Shown here: piece by piece, positions 1 through 9,652 of the stretch | Position numbering within the stretch: position 1 is the stretch's first letter | Layout: every line of letters begins with the position of its first letter | IMG/VR virus record: IMGVR_UViG_3300014969_000017 | Coordinates: 8,795 to 72,794 of that record | Strand: one strand, 5' to 3' | Source of the DNA: a virus | Taxonomy: Duplodnaviria; Caudoviricetes | Length of the DNA: 64,000 nt | Position numbers and translations under genes: made by a program | The notes under the pieces: model-generated | Told to the model about the DNA's origin: nothing | Databases searched by the model: none | What the model saw: only the letters and a program-made list of their open reading frames with translations

Positions 1-253
1 ACTTTGACATCGCGGTCGGGCACTTCACGTACAGGTTCAGACCCGGCGTGCCGCCAATCGTCGTCACGCCTGCATAGAAGTTCCAGATGATGGCGTTGCC
101 GATCCGGCAGTAGCGGTTGTTGATCAGCGGCGGCGTCAGCGCCCACGTCATCGACCCACTGGCGTAGAAGTTCGCCGGGTCGAACGGCACATCCGTCCAG
201 AGGCCCAGTCCGGGCAGCAACTGTCCGCCGCGCTGCTTATTGGTAATACCCAT
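1..253 (-). CDS. tail-associated beta-rich protein, paralog of 256-690 (runs off window edge)
   Basis: Manual translation from ATG at 253 gives MGITNKQRGGQLLPGLGLWTDVPFDPANF..., nearly identical to the N-terminus of the 256-690 ORF; lies downstream of the tail tube gene. Confidence 0.7.
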   Translation of the reverse strand, partial: MGITNKQRGGQLLPGLGLWTDVPFDPANFYASGSMTWALTPPLINNRYCRIGNAIIWNFYAGVTTIGGTPGLNLYVKCPTAMSK

Positions 254-255
254 GA

Positions 256-690
256 TTACGACGGGTCCACTTCGTACGAGATAGTGAAATACAGCGTCAG
301 CGACCCCAACACGAAGGCCGCGCTACTTGGAAGCGACACCGCCCCGTATCCGGGATTCGGTGAATTGGGAGCCATTGACGCGATCCCCGGTACCGGCGGC
401 GCTCCGTTCAGGACACGGCAATTCCCCGTGGCGTAGCCCTTCGCCTTCGTCGGCGCTTTCAACGTCAACTGCGTGCCGGGCACTCCACTCAGCGTGCTGG
501 AAGCAATGACGAGGTTCCACGTCACCGTATTCCCGACGCGGGACATTCGGTTCTGGAGCACTTGCGCTTGCGTCACCGCCCACGTCATGCCGCCTTGGCC
601 GGAGAAATTCGCCGCATCGAACGGCACGTCCATCCACGCCCCGAGGCCGGGAAGCAGTTGACCGCCGCGTTGTTTGTTGGTGATGCCCAC
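256..690 (-). CDS. putative tail-associated structural protein
   Basis: 144 aa beta-rich ORF after the tail tube gene; has a tandem paralog. Confidence 0.6.
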   Translation of the reverse strand: MGITNKQRGGQLLPGLGAWMDVPFDAANFSGQGGMTWAVTQAQVLQNRMSRVGNTVTWNLVIASSTLSGVPGTQLTLKAPTKAKGYATGNCRVLNGAPPVPGIASMAPNSPNPGYGAVSLPSSAAFVLGSLTLYFTISYEVDPS

Positions 691-815
691 GAGGAAGGCT
701 CCTTTATCCGGGGCCGCGTCACCCGGAATGACCGATGAGAGTCGGTCTGCTCAGGACCAGTGAAGAAGGCAGGAGACGCCAACCGCCCGGAAAGCGTCTC
801 CCGCCACGAACCGAT

Positions 816-1838
816 CTACACGAGCGCAGCGGGTGCGACTCCCTGCACCCAGACCGCGTTGTTCCAGTAGCACTTGGACGCATCGCCCAGCGTCATGAAC
901 GAACCCTCGACCCACGCCGACGCCGGAACCGGCGTAATGGTCCCCATGTCCGACAGGTGCATCGGGATCGTGCCGCCCGTGGGCGACCACGTGCCTGCCG
1001 CACCGGGAACTTGGGTCGCCTTGGTCATCGGGTACGTCGCCGGAACCACACCGGGCACCCACGCCGACTCGTTCCAGTAGACCTTCGAGCCGTTGTCGAG
1101 CGTCACGTACTGCCCGACCGTCCAGTGCGCCGTCACGATCAACCCGGTCGCATCGACCGGCTGGACGCCGCCCATTTCCGACTGAGTCATCGGCACGCTC
1201 GATCCGGTCGGATACCACGAACCCGGTGCTCCGGCCACCGCGCCCGTCGCCAGCGGAGCAGCCTTCTCGCGGAACCACTGGAACAAGCGATCCCCCGCCG
1301 TGCGCTTGGCGTCCACGAGTCCCTTGAGCGTGATCTTGTAGATGGCCTCACCCGTCCGGTTGTACGGGATGGCGACACCTTCCACGTTGTACACGCGGTA
1401 GAGACACAGCACCTCGAACTTCTTGGGCGACGTGCGGATGCGCGAGGTCAGCGCCACGCACTGCGTCTGCACGCTGATCAGGTTGCCACCGTCGCCACCC
1501 CAGAACAGCATGCGAGCGGCATCGTCGTCCGATCCGACGTTGTCGAACGCGGCCTTCAGCGTGGTGTAGACGTGCTCCATCGCCGTGAACTCGATCTGGA
1601 TTTCTTCGCTGACCACGAAGACATCGACCGGGTTCAACGACTGCTCCGCGACCACCTCTTGCTTGTTCTGCTTGTAGGTGAACGTCGCCGCGTCCTGCGT
1701 GTAGCCGACCTCAACGCCGGACAAGGGCGTGCCGTCGTTGTGAACCAGTAGCTGCGGCGGGTTGCCCGTCGCAGGCGGCGTCACACCGAGAAAGATTCTC
1801 GCGGCACCGATGTGTATGTTTGCTGGATTCTGGGCCAT
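816..1838 (-). CDS. major tail tube protein with C-terminal Trp/Gly-rich extension
   Basis: N-terminus NPANIHIGAARIFLG...EVGYT is typical of siphovirus tail tubes; position after the terminator gene; repeated C-terminal modules (VTLDNGSKVYWNESAWVPG / MTLGDASKCYWNNAVWVQG). Confidence 0.75.
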   Translation of the reverse strand: MAQNPANIHIGAARIFLGVTPPATGNPPQLLVHNDGTPLSGVEVGYTQDAATFTYKQNKQEVVAEQSLNPVDVFVVSEEIQIEFTAMEHVYTTLKAAFDNVGSDDDAARMLFWGGDGGNLISVQTQCVALTSRIRTSPKKFEVLCLYRVYNVEGVAIPYNRTGEAIYKITLKGLVDAKRTAGDRLFQWFREKAAPLATGAVAGAPGSWYPTGSSVPMTQSEMGGVQPVDATGLIVTAHWTVGQYVTLDNGSKVYWNESAWVPGVVPATYPMTKATQVPGAAGTWSPTGGTIPMHLSDMGTITPVPASAWVEGSFMTLGDASKCYWNNAVWVQGVAPAALV

Positions 1839-1871
1839 TCGTTACTCCTCAGACGAAACTGGTCGGTGCCA

Positions 1872-2342
1872 CTACTCCACCGTGGTGATGAAGACTTCCA
1901 AGAACCCGCCCTTCACAAACGGAGTCTCGACGGTTTCCGGACGCTTTTGCAGCGGCGTGTACTGCTCGCCCCCTGTGTCGAGTGGCCCGGTGCCCTCGAT
2001 GGGCGTCAGATGCGAATCCCGCGCGATGGCTCGCAGGCACCACAGGTAGCGTTCCAACTGGATCGAGATGGTTTCCTCGGTGTCGCCGCCAATCGACACG
2101 CCGATCACCACGCGATGCCGCATCACCCGCGAGTACGAATTCACTTGCGGGGACGAGTCCGTCACGATCAGTTCGAGCGACGGCAAGCCGCCGAGGTCCG
2201 CCTTGTCCGTCGTGTGGATCTCGTACGGCGGCGGCGTCACGATGCCGTCGCCAGCCGCCATGTCGGCTTCGGCCAGTCGCCCCGGCAACTCGGCCTGCAA
2301 CCGGTCGCGCAACTTTCGCTTGGCCTGCGTAACGTGAAACAT
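1872..2342 (-). CDS. putative tail terminator/completion protein
   Basis: 156 aa; synteny between neck gene and tail tube. Confidence 0.55.
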   Translation of the reverse strand: MFHVTQAKRKLRDRLQAELPGRLAEADMAAGDGIVTPPPYEIHTTDKADLGGLPSLELIVTDSSPQVNSYSRVMRHRVVIGVSIGGDTEETISIQLERYLWCLRAIARDSHLTPIEGTGPLDTGGEQYTPLQKRPETVETPFVKGGFLEVFITTVE

Positions 2343-2345
2343 CCG

Positions 2346-2885
2346 TCATGACCCTGCCGACGGCGCGGACGCCGATCCTGTGTCGTGCGCTTTCACGAGC
2401 CACGCGTGGAGCAACGGCGCGAACACCGCTGGATCCGGCGGCGGCAGAAACGGCCGCGCAGGCATCTTGCTCGTGCCCCACTGGTGAAACTTGCCGTAGG
2501 GCACCGAGGTGCCAGCCACCGCAAACATCGGGTGGGCTTCAAAGATGCCTTCGGGTCCGACGTTCGATCCGTTCCACGCCAGCGAGTTCCGCAGCCGACC
2601 CTCGCGCGTGAGGATCGGCAACCCCGGATAGTTCGCCGTCTTCCAGATGCGATACCTCGGAGACAGCTTGGCCCACGGTCCACCAATGAACCGTCCGCCC
2701 TCGCCACGCGGCGTGCCGCTGGTGGCGAACAAGTCCTGCACCATCCCGAAGTACTTCGGCGCGAACACGTCACGCCAGAACGGCGTCAGATCCTGCACCG
2801 ACGCCAACAGCGCGGCCATCCCCGCCTTGACGGCTTCGTCACCGATGACGGTGAAACTCAGGATGCCTTGAGGCTGGTTCGGCAT
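2346..2885 (-). CDS. virion morphogenesis protein (Mu gpG / P2 gpS-like)
   Basis: Motifs WAKLSP, ILTREGRLRNSL, GTSVPYGKFHQWGT..MPARPFL. Confidence 0.8.
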   Translation of the reverse strand: MPNQPQGILSFTVIGDEAVKAGMAALLASVQDLTPFWRDVFAPKYFGMVQDLFATSGTPRGEGGRFIGGPWAKLSPRYRIWKTANYPGLPILTREGRLRNSLAWNGSNVGPEGIFEAHPMFAVAGTSVPYGKFHQWGTSKMPARPFLPPPDPAVFAPLLHAWLVKAHDTGSASAPSAGS

Positions 2886-2886
2886 C

Positions 2887-3348
2887 TCAGAACTTCATGT
2901 TCATGGTGACGCGCGGCTCGATGCGATGCCCACAGTCATCGAAGATGAGGCCCATCGGGGCACCACCGGGCTTCGGCACCATGTCGTCCGTGCGTTCCGC
3001 GTCCGTGAATTCAATCGGACTGTTCGGGTCCGCCAATAACTTCAACGCGTTCTCGTACTGCTTGCAGGCGCGGTCGGCGCTCTGCATTGTGACCTCGGTG
3101 CCGACCGCTGCCGCACGCGCGTAGAGAATCTTGCAGATCGCCCCCTGACTGACGATCTCTTTCGATTGCGCCAGTGACCGTGCGCCGGTAATGGGAATCT
3201 TGTAGCCAAGGTTCTCCATCGCCGCGTCGAACTGCGCGTGTGTGTCATCGAGAAACACTTGCGCCGAATCGGCGGCAGGCTTGGAGGTCGCCGTCAGTTG
3301 GAACTGCGGCATCCTCCGCTGCACGTCATCGAGGGTGGCGTAGGGCAT
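2887..3348 (-). CDS. head-tail adaptor (Mu gp36-like)
   Basis: MPYATLDDV start, 153 aa, directly after the major capsid gene. Confidence 0.7.
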   Translation of the reverse strand: MPYATLDDVQRRMPQFQLTATSKPAADSAQVFLDDTHAQFDAAMENLGYKIPITGARSLAQSKEIVSQGAICKILYARAAAVGTEVTMQSADRACKQYENALKLLADPNSPIEFTDAERTDDMVPKPGGAPMGLIFDDCGHRIEPRVTMNMKF

Positions 3349-3391
3349 GAGGCGTTGACTGGGCGCGAGCCGAAACCCGCGCCCGAATCAC

Positions 3392-4318
3392 CTACGCAAC
3401 CGCGCCCTTGATCAAGTACGCCAGCGCGGCGCTGACGATCTTCTCGTCCTGCTTCTCGCTGACCCGGATCACGTCGGTATCCCGCTTGTCCTCCCGATAC
3501 CGGAAGACGCGCAGATCGCTCGTCCGCATCTGGTAGCCGAACGACGCACGCTTGAGCGAGGGGCGGCTCTCCTTGTAGAACAGGAGCACGTCCTTGCCCC
3601 ACACGTCCGCGAAGGCATCGACCGCGCCTTCCTTGGACACGCGGCGAATCACCTTGCCGACGAGGACTTCGTCCACCTCGAACACCGCCGCCAGAATCTG
3701 GCGCGTGATGATCGCCCGTTCGGTGTACTTGACGATCTCCTTGATGTCGGGATGGATCTTCAGCGCCTCGAACACGAGGTAGCCCATGAGCATCGTGTTC
3801 GGGCCGTACCCCGGTGCGCCGGTGTAGATCGTGGTCCGCGCATTCTTCGCATCATCGAGCGGGTCGCTGTTCGCGGCATCGCTCCACTGATCGCCACCGG
3901 TCAGCGTGATGTTGTTCGTGATGATCGCCGGGTTCAGCACAAGGTCCGCCACCCGCTTCTCGCGGTTGTTCAGGACCATGTCCGTCACGATCTCGGTCGT
4001 ATCCACGTCGAGGTCGAGCGGCGAAGCGGCGTTCTTGCGCTCCTCGTCGTCAATCTCGCCTTCAAGGCCGTACTGTTCGGCCAAGTAGGTGTCCGTGGTG
4101 ACGTTCCAGTCGATCCGGTTGTACTGGCTGCGTGGCGCACGCTTGGAGTCCGGCGCGTCCATGCGGCTCTTGTCGTAGACCCAGTACGCCGCTGACTCCT
4201 TGGCGACCGGGACCGGCGGCAGCACTTCGTCGGCCAGATAGCCTTCGGGCGCTGCGGCAAACTGCAACGAGATGTTCGTCAGCAGTTGGTCGAATTTAAC
4301 GGATGTGATCAGCGGCAT
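3392..4318 (-). CDS. major capsid protein
   Basis: 308 aa; DQLLTNISL, ADEVLPPVPV, REKRVADLV, WSDAANSDPLDD motifs; follows the cement gene. Confidence 0.85.
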   Translation of the reverse strand: MPLITSVKFDQLLTNISLQFAAAPEGYLADEVLPPVPVAKESAAYWVYDKSRMDAPDSKRAPRSQYNRIDWNVTTDTYLAEQYGLEGEIDDEERKNAASPLDLDVDTTEIVTDMVLNNREKRVADLVLNPAIITNNITLTGGDQWSDAANSDPLDDAKNARTTIYTGAPGYGPNTMLMGYLVFEALKIHPDIKEIVKYTERAIITRQILAAVFEVDEVLVGKVIRRVSKEGAVDAFADVWGKDVLLFYKESRPSLKRASFGYQMRTSDLRVFRYREDKRDTDVIRVSEKQDEKIVSAALAYLIKGAVA

Positions 4319-4430
4319 TGATGTCGCCCTTGCTCAAACGGTTCATGACAGTGACCCCCGCGACACGGTGCCTCCGGCACTCAGCGTGCGGTCGCGCGTC
4401 CGCTGTCCCAACGATGTCGAACACCTCGCG

Positions 4431-4826
4431 TTAGACCGCGAGGTCGTACTGCATGATCAGCGAGTCGATGATGATGGCCGCGCCACCATTGGCTTCCATC
4501 GCAATCGCGCCGACCTTGTCTTTGTCCGCCGCCGCCAGCGAGCCTTCACCAGCCGGACCCGCCTTGAGCGGCGAGCCGACGAGGATGGCGCTGGTGTCGG
4601 TCTGGAGCTTCGACCGGCCGCTCACGCGGACGACCGCCCCCAGTCCCGCCGCCGACGGCTTGTTCTGGAGGATGCCGATGGAGCGGCCATTCGCGCCGGA
4701 CACGTTGACACGCGCCTGCTGACCACCCGCGACTGCTGCCGCTCCAATCACGAACTTGTACTGATGGGTGGACAGGTCCGCCGCTGATTCCAGCGTCATG
4801 TCCATGCCGGGCATATGAATGCGCAT
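4431..4826 (-). CDS. capsid cement/decoration protein (DUF2190-like)
   Basis: AADLSTHQYKFV...IGILQNKP...VGAIAMEA pattern; between scaffold and capsid; start trimmed to the ATG after GGAG. Confidence 0.7.
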   Translation of the reverse strand: MRIHMPGMDMTLESAADLSTHQYKFVIGAAAVAGGQQARVNVSGANGRSIGILQNKPSAAGLGAVVRVSGRSKLQTDTSAILVGSPLKAGPAGEGSLAAADKDKVGAIAMEANGGAAIIIDSLIMQYDLAV

Positions 4827-4884
4827 GCTCGTCTCCGCTCCTCTGGTAACGCTGTTCCTGCCAAAGTCAAAAAGGTCGGGCCAC

Positions 4885-4943
4885 AAAAAACGGGCCTCCA
4901 CTACCGCCACGACACCACTGGTCGCGTGCAGGCAGGGAGGCCC
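4885..4943 (-). terminator. long hairpin followed by a U-run (intrinsic terminator or attenuator-like)
   Basis: Minus strand GGGCCTCC...GGAGGCCC stem with internal pairing, followed by GTTTTTT. Confidence 0.5.
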
Positions 4944-5053
4944 AATCCCGTGCAGCCCTTGTCACTCGCGATCCGGAGATCCCTCTCCGGCACCTCACGG
5001 GCAGTGAGGTGGTTCGGGACCGTGGATGCGGCCCCTACACGAGTGGATCGTGA

Positions 5054-6922
5054 TTACGCGTCCGCCGAGGCGAACCGCTCGCGGTACGCTTCGGCGTCAC
5101 CCGCCAACTGCGTTCCCGCCTTGATCGTCGCGTCCCGCAGCGAGATGCCTTCGTCCTTCGCGATCTTCCGCGACAGTTCGATCAGCTTCTCCTCGGCCTG
5201 CTCGCCGTTGGTCTTCGCATCGCCTTCGGCCTTGCCGCCGGAGCCGTGCTCCTTGTTCAGCGAGATAACGGGCGTGGTCTTGGTCGCGGCCCACTCGCGG
5301 AACCCGGAGAGGTCCACGGTGTCCTTCCACATCTTCTCGGCCCAGTCGCGCTCGGGCTTCGTGATGAACGCGCCCTGCGACAGCCGGTTCAGTTCGACCG
5401 TCATCGCCGCCGTGGACTTTTCCTTCTCGGTCTGATCGAGCCGTGAAGACAGCGACACCACCTGCGACTGCAAGTTGGTCAGGTCCGCCTTCGGGATGAC
5501 CGTCTCGCCGTCCTTGACGATCTTGACGCCAGCGGCTTCCAACTGTTCGAGGCTGACTTCCACCTCGCCACCGGCGTCGTTCTTCAGCATGAACTTCATG
5601 TGCATTCCCTTCTGCTGTGGGTTGGCCGCAGCCGCAGCCAACGCAGCCGCGATGGCTTGCTTCAACTCGTCTGGAAGCGGCAGGTTGTTGACGACAGCGG
5701 CGACTTTTGACTCGTCGCCGTCGGTCCCGGATTTGGTGACGACCGTGGCTTCGCCGTCGGCACCCTTATCGACCTTCGCGCTCACGTCGGGCTTCTTGTC
5801 GCCCTCGCCCTTCGCGAAGGGATTGCCGCCCTTGCCGTCCGCGCCGTCCTTCTCCTGCGAGCCAGCGGCTTTCTGTTCCAGCTTGGCCCCGACCGGATTC
5901 GGTACCTGCGGGGTCACGGGAGCCGCTGGATCCGTCACCGGCGTATTCGGGTTGGTCGGATTCACCACCGCCGCTGTGTTGGGCGCAACACCCTGCTGGC
6001 CCGGCAGCGCCGCGATAGGAGCCTGTGGCGGCACCACGCCCGGCGCACCGGGGATCCCCGGCACCCCCGGTCCCGGCAGGCCCGGCACCGGCACGGTCGG
6101 CGCTGCGCCCGGCGTCAGGCCCGGATGCTGAGGGTTGGCGGGTGTCGCACTGGCAGGCAGCAGTTCCGTCGCGCGGAACCACTTGTGGATCATGCCGTTC
6201 GCATCCTTCACGGACACGAAGGCGTCGTCCCCTTCCCCGACCACTTCGGCAATCTCGAATGTCGCGCCGATCTCGTCCTGCGTCCGGGCGTTGCCCGGCG
6301 CGATCATGACGCGCATCCCGGCCTTGGTGCCTTCCGTCGTGGACAGGTTCACCAGTTCGTGCGCGGACACATCGAGCGTCCCCGTCTTGGTGAAGTCCAT
6401 GAACGGCACTTCCTTGCACGAGTAGAGCGACAGCGCCGTCATCCCTTCAAGGAACGGATGATTCGTGATCGCCGCCGCCAGCAACGTCGTGCCGATCTTC
6501 GACCCGTCCTTGTGCGTGTGGTTCTTCACGAACGACGGGCTGATGAACCGGTACTCCTTGTTCTCGACCGCGTCCATGCCCTTCGGCGTCCACTCGACCT
6601 CGGCCCAGAGCGTGTCGCCGTCGTCACGCAGTTCAAGGTTCTTCATCCACGCCGCTGCCGCCCCGTCGCCCGGCTTCTTGGGGTCCATCGAGAGGTGGTC
6701 CCAATCAATCGGCAGTTCGGTCGGGTTCTTCGGCGTGATGGTCTTGAAGTTGTGCAGCATCGAGGACAGGTCGTCCTTGGTGATGCTGAACTTGCCGTAG
6801 CGACTGGACGTGAAGGAACCCGTACGCGCGAGTTGGATCCAACTGCGCTTGCCCGTGCCGCTCAGCGTGATCGCGCTCAGCAGGGAGGGAGTCGAGAGGA
6901 TGACGCGCGTCAGATCAGCCAT
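5054..6922 (-). CDS. Mu-type prohead protease fused to scaffold
   Basis: LPIDWDH, AAAWM, LWAEVEWT, EYRFISPSF and AAITNHPFL motifs (Mu gpI family); coiled-coil C-terminus; probable internal scaffold start near 5605 (AAGGGA-ATG). Confidence 0.85.
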   Translation of the reverse strand: MADLTRVILSTPSLLSAITLSGTGKRSWIQLARTGSFTSSRYGKFSITKDDLSSMLHNFKTITPKNPTELPIDWDHLSMDPKKPGDGAAAAWMKNLELRDDGDTLWAEVEWTPKGMDAVENKEYRFISPSFVKNHTHKDGSKIGTTLLAAAITNHPFLEGMTALSLYSCKEVPFMDFTKTGTLDVSAHELVNLSTTEGTKAGMRVMIAPGNARTQDEIGATFEIAEVVGEGDDAFVSVKDANGMIHKWFRATELLPASATPANPQHPGLTPGAAPTVPVPGLPGPGVPGIPGAPGVVPPQAPIAALPGQQGVAPNTAAVVNPTNPNTPVTDPAAPVTPQVPNPVGAKLEQKAAGSQEKDGADGKGGNPFAKGEGDKKPDVSAKVDKGADGEATVVTKSGTDGDESKVAAVVNNLPLPDELKQAIAAALAAAAANPQQKGMHMKFMLKNDAGGEVEVSLEQLEAAGVKIVKDGETVIPKADLTNLQSQVVSLSSRLDQTEKEKSTAAMTVELNRLSQGAFITKPERDWAEKMWKDTVDLSGFREWAATKTTPVISLNKEHGSGGKAEGDAKTNGEQAEEKLIELSRKIAKDEGISLRDATIKAGTQLAGDAEAYRERFASADA

Positions 6923-7212
6923 TGGAACACCGCAAGGTTGTCCGACAAAGTCAAGATGAAAACATGGGACTAGCGGTGGGGTGATGCCGCCGCCAAACCC
7001 CCATACTTTGCGATTGCTTCGGGCTGAGGCGCAACACGTTCCTGTAAGTTGTTGAATCTATTGGACCCGCTCCGCGAACTCGGGGCGTACGCGGACGTGA
7101 ACGATATTATCCGGAGGCATTTCCGGCACCTGAAGTGCCAGTGCCAGATGCCCGTCCGCTGCTCCAGCCGAACCGCCGGGCTGTCCCATTGACAGATGCG
7201 TCCGCAGTCCAC

Positions 7213-7560
7213 TCAATGCACCCCGGTGGTCCGCCGACGCCGCAGCGAATCCGGCGTGAACACGTAGCCGACCGACACCTGTGCCTGCGGGATCGTCCCG
7301 AAGTTCGACCGCACGTACTGGATCGAGCGAATCGCCAGCGTCCGGCTGCACCGGGCGCACTCCGACGTAGACACGAGCGTGAGGTGATGCAGATGCGTCG
7401 AGCCGCACGGGCAGTACGCGTCCACGGTCACGTCGAGCCGATCCACGAGCTTCTCGGTCGCCGGGGGTCGCTCCTCGGCCGCGTCCGCCCCCAGCACCTT
7501 CGCCAGAATCAGGAGCAGAGTTTTCACGGTACCGTGATGGGTCGTCGCCGTCGGCATCAA
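7213..7560 (-). CDS. hypothetical zinc-finger protein
   Basis: CPCG and CARC pairs; coupled to the MuF gene. Confidence 0.45.
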   Translation of the reverse strand: MMPTATTHHGTVKTLLLILAKVLGADAAEERPPATEKLVDRLDVTVDAYCPCGSTHLHHLTLVSTSECARCSRTLAIRSIQYVRSNFGTIPQAQVSVGYVFTPDSLRRRRTTGVH

Positions 7561-9044
7561 TCCTCGCTATCACTCTCGTCGCCGGTATCGGCCGTGTCGG
7601 CCTCGGGCGCGGCCTTCGTGCTCGGCTTACTCGGCTTGTCGCTCTCGTGGTCGCCCAGCGTGTCCTCGTCAATTTCGTCCACGTCGATTTCGCTGCCGTC
7701 GGAGAGGAGCGCGATCTGGACGCACCGGCAGGCATCCCCGCCGAGGCACTTCACGTAGGGTGGGCGCAGTTCTTCCTGCCGGTCGCTGCCCAGTTCCATC
7801 GACTCGCCATCGACCTCGGCGCACTCGTCGCACGTGCCCGTGTCCATGACCGCCGTCTGGATGACCGCGTCCACGATGGCCTCGCCCCCGGCCACCGCCT
7901 CGGCCTTGCTGATGAACTTGCCGTTTTCGTCCCGGTAGGCCAGTTCAAACTCCAGCGGGATGCGCGAGCGCCGGAGCGCCTGCATCGCCGTCGAGCGCCC
8001 CAGCGCGAACGCTTCGTTGGTCGCCCGGCTGGCGAACCGCTTCAGTAGCGACGGCGAGCGCCGATCCGTGAACGACTGGGTGAGCGCCTCGCGCCGGTCG
8101 GCCCCGATCCGTCGTCGCCGGAGCCGCGCCTCGTAGTCCTCGCGCAGACTGGTGAGCGCCCGTGCCCGGTCGGCCAGCACCGCCGCGCAGATGCCGTCCA
8201 CATCGACCGGGATCTCGCGCGTGCCCAGCCGCGCCGGTGCGCCCTGCCGCACCAGTTCCATCAGCACTTCACTCGCGCCGTAGGCGGCGAGGTCGTGCAG
8301 CGTGTCGCGCCAGCGGTCCTCGTCACAGCTAAGGAGCGTGTCGCGGCAGGCGTCGAGCCGCCGGGGAATCTCCGTCAGCGACAGCACCTTGGCCTCGAAC
8401 TTCATCGGCCGACGGCTCAGGCTCACGCCTTTGTAGAGCGTGCGCTTCCGTTTGCGCTTCGGGGGCTTCGACGGGATTGCGCCGACCATCGACGGGAACG
8501 ACACGTCACTGATGTCAGGCAGGTTGATAATCGCCAAGTCCGTGCGCCCGGCGATCAGGCCGTGCTTCTTCGCGTTGGCTCGGGACTCCTTCGTCATCGA
8601 CACGGGCACCCGCGTGACGCCCTTGTCGCGCAGGTTGGCCATGCGGTGACGACCGTTCGTGAACCCGACGCGGCCATCGGCATCGACATTGACTTCGGCC
8701 GCGTCCATCTGCGGCGAGGTCTTCAGGAAGTCCGCGATGCGCTCCAGTCGCCCGTGAATCGCGCCGGTCCCGGACGGGTCGATGTGGAAGCCGGTGTCCT
8801 GCTTCCATGCGGCGTCGAACTTCGCCATGTCCACGGGCACGAGCACGTCGCCTGCACGCTTCGCGCGAGCACTGTGCGTGACCTTGATCGACCGGCCCTC
8901 GACTTCGACGTGCTCGCCGCCGCTGTACTGGTTCCCTCGAAACGGATGGCCCTCGGTATCGCCCAGTGCGAACGGCTTCGCCTTGGAGACGATGACAAAG
9001 TCGCCCTCTTGCAACGCAAACCGGTCGGCGTGTACGTCCCTCAC
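7557..9044 (-). CDS. MuF-like head morphogenesis protein with N-terminal tag and ParB-like domain
   Basis: C-terminal AVMDTGTCDECAEVDG...PPYVKC...CRC (MuF Cys pattern); GFTNGRHR ParB/Srx-like motif; LGDTEGHPFRGNQY tag. Confidence 0.7.
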   Translation of the reverse strand: MRDVHADRFALQEGDFVIVSKAKPFALGDTEGHPFRGNQYSGGEHVEVEGRSIKVTHSARAKRAGDVLVPVDMAKFDAAWKQDTGFHIDPSGTGAIHGRLERIADFLKTSPQMDAAEVNVDADGRVGFTNGRHRMANLRDKGVTRVPVSMTKESRANAKKHGLIAGRTDLAIINLPDISDVSFPSMVGAIPSKPPKRKRKRTLYKGVSLSRRPMKFEAKVLSLTEIPRRLDACRDTLLSCDEDRWRDTLHDLAAYGASEVLMELVRQGAPARLGTREIPVDVDGICAAVLADRARALTSLREDYEARLRRRRIGADRREALTQSFTDRRSPSLLKRFASRATNEAFALGRSTAMQALRRSRIPLEFELAYRDENGKFISKAEAVAGGEAIVDAVIQTAVMDTGTCDECAEVDGESMELGSDRQEELRPPYVKCLGGDACRCVQIALLSDGSEIDVDEIDEDTLGDHESDKPSKPSTKAAPEADTADTGDESDSED

Positions 9045-9652
9045 GGCTGCACCTGTACGGTCATCCCGTTCGGACCTTTGCTGACGACCTTGTACTTGAG
9101 GCCACGCGGCAGAATGACTTCCTGCTGCCGGGCATACCGGTGGTCGGTGCCGATCTCCTCGTTGACGTTGATGTGACCCAGTCCCTTGGGCGCGAGCACG
9201 GTCAGTGTCGATTGCTTGGCCTTGTCCGCCACGCCGATGTCGTCCTGAATCTTCGCCAGCGCCGCCGGGTCGGCCGTCGTGGAGACGAACCCATCGTCCT
9301 GATACACGTCGCCCACGTCCAGCGAGGCCACCACGCTGGTGGGCACCGTGCGACTCAGCGTCGTGTCTTTCGGCAGGCGATTCCGCGTCATGTGGGTGTC
9401 CATCTCCAGCACGTCATTGCGATTCGCCCAGCGCGGTCCCTTCCCTGCCCGAAGATGCTCGTTGATGTAGCGAGCGCCGCCCAGCGTGTACTCGCTGACG
9501 GCTTTCTTGACGGCGTACGTTCCCCACCGCCAGCGTTGGCCCTCGGTATCGCTGTCGCCGCCCTCGCCCTCGGTCCACTGGTTGCCGCGAAAGGGATGCC
9601 CTTCGACATCGCCAAGGCTGAGGAGCGCGAGCTTCTCGCGGTAGGCGGTCAC
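9041..9652 (-). CDS. ADP-ribosyltransferase (VIP2/C3-like, R-STT-QxE)
   Basis: YINEHLR, LSR, GFVSTT, QQEVILPRG. Confidence 0.8.
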   Translation of the reverse strand: MTAYREKLALLSLGDVEGHPFRGNQWTEGEGGDSDTEGQRWRWGTYAVKKAVSEYTLGGARYINEHLRAGKGPRWANRNDVLEMDTHMTRNRLPKDTTLSRTVPTSVVASLDVGDVYQDDGFVSTTADPAALAKIQDDIGVADKAKQSTLTVLAPKGLGHINVNEEIGTDHRYARQQEVILPRGLKYKVVSKGPNGMTVQVQP

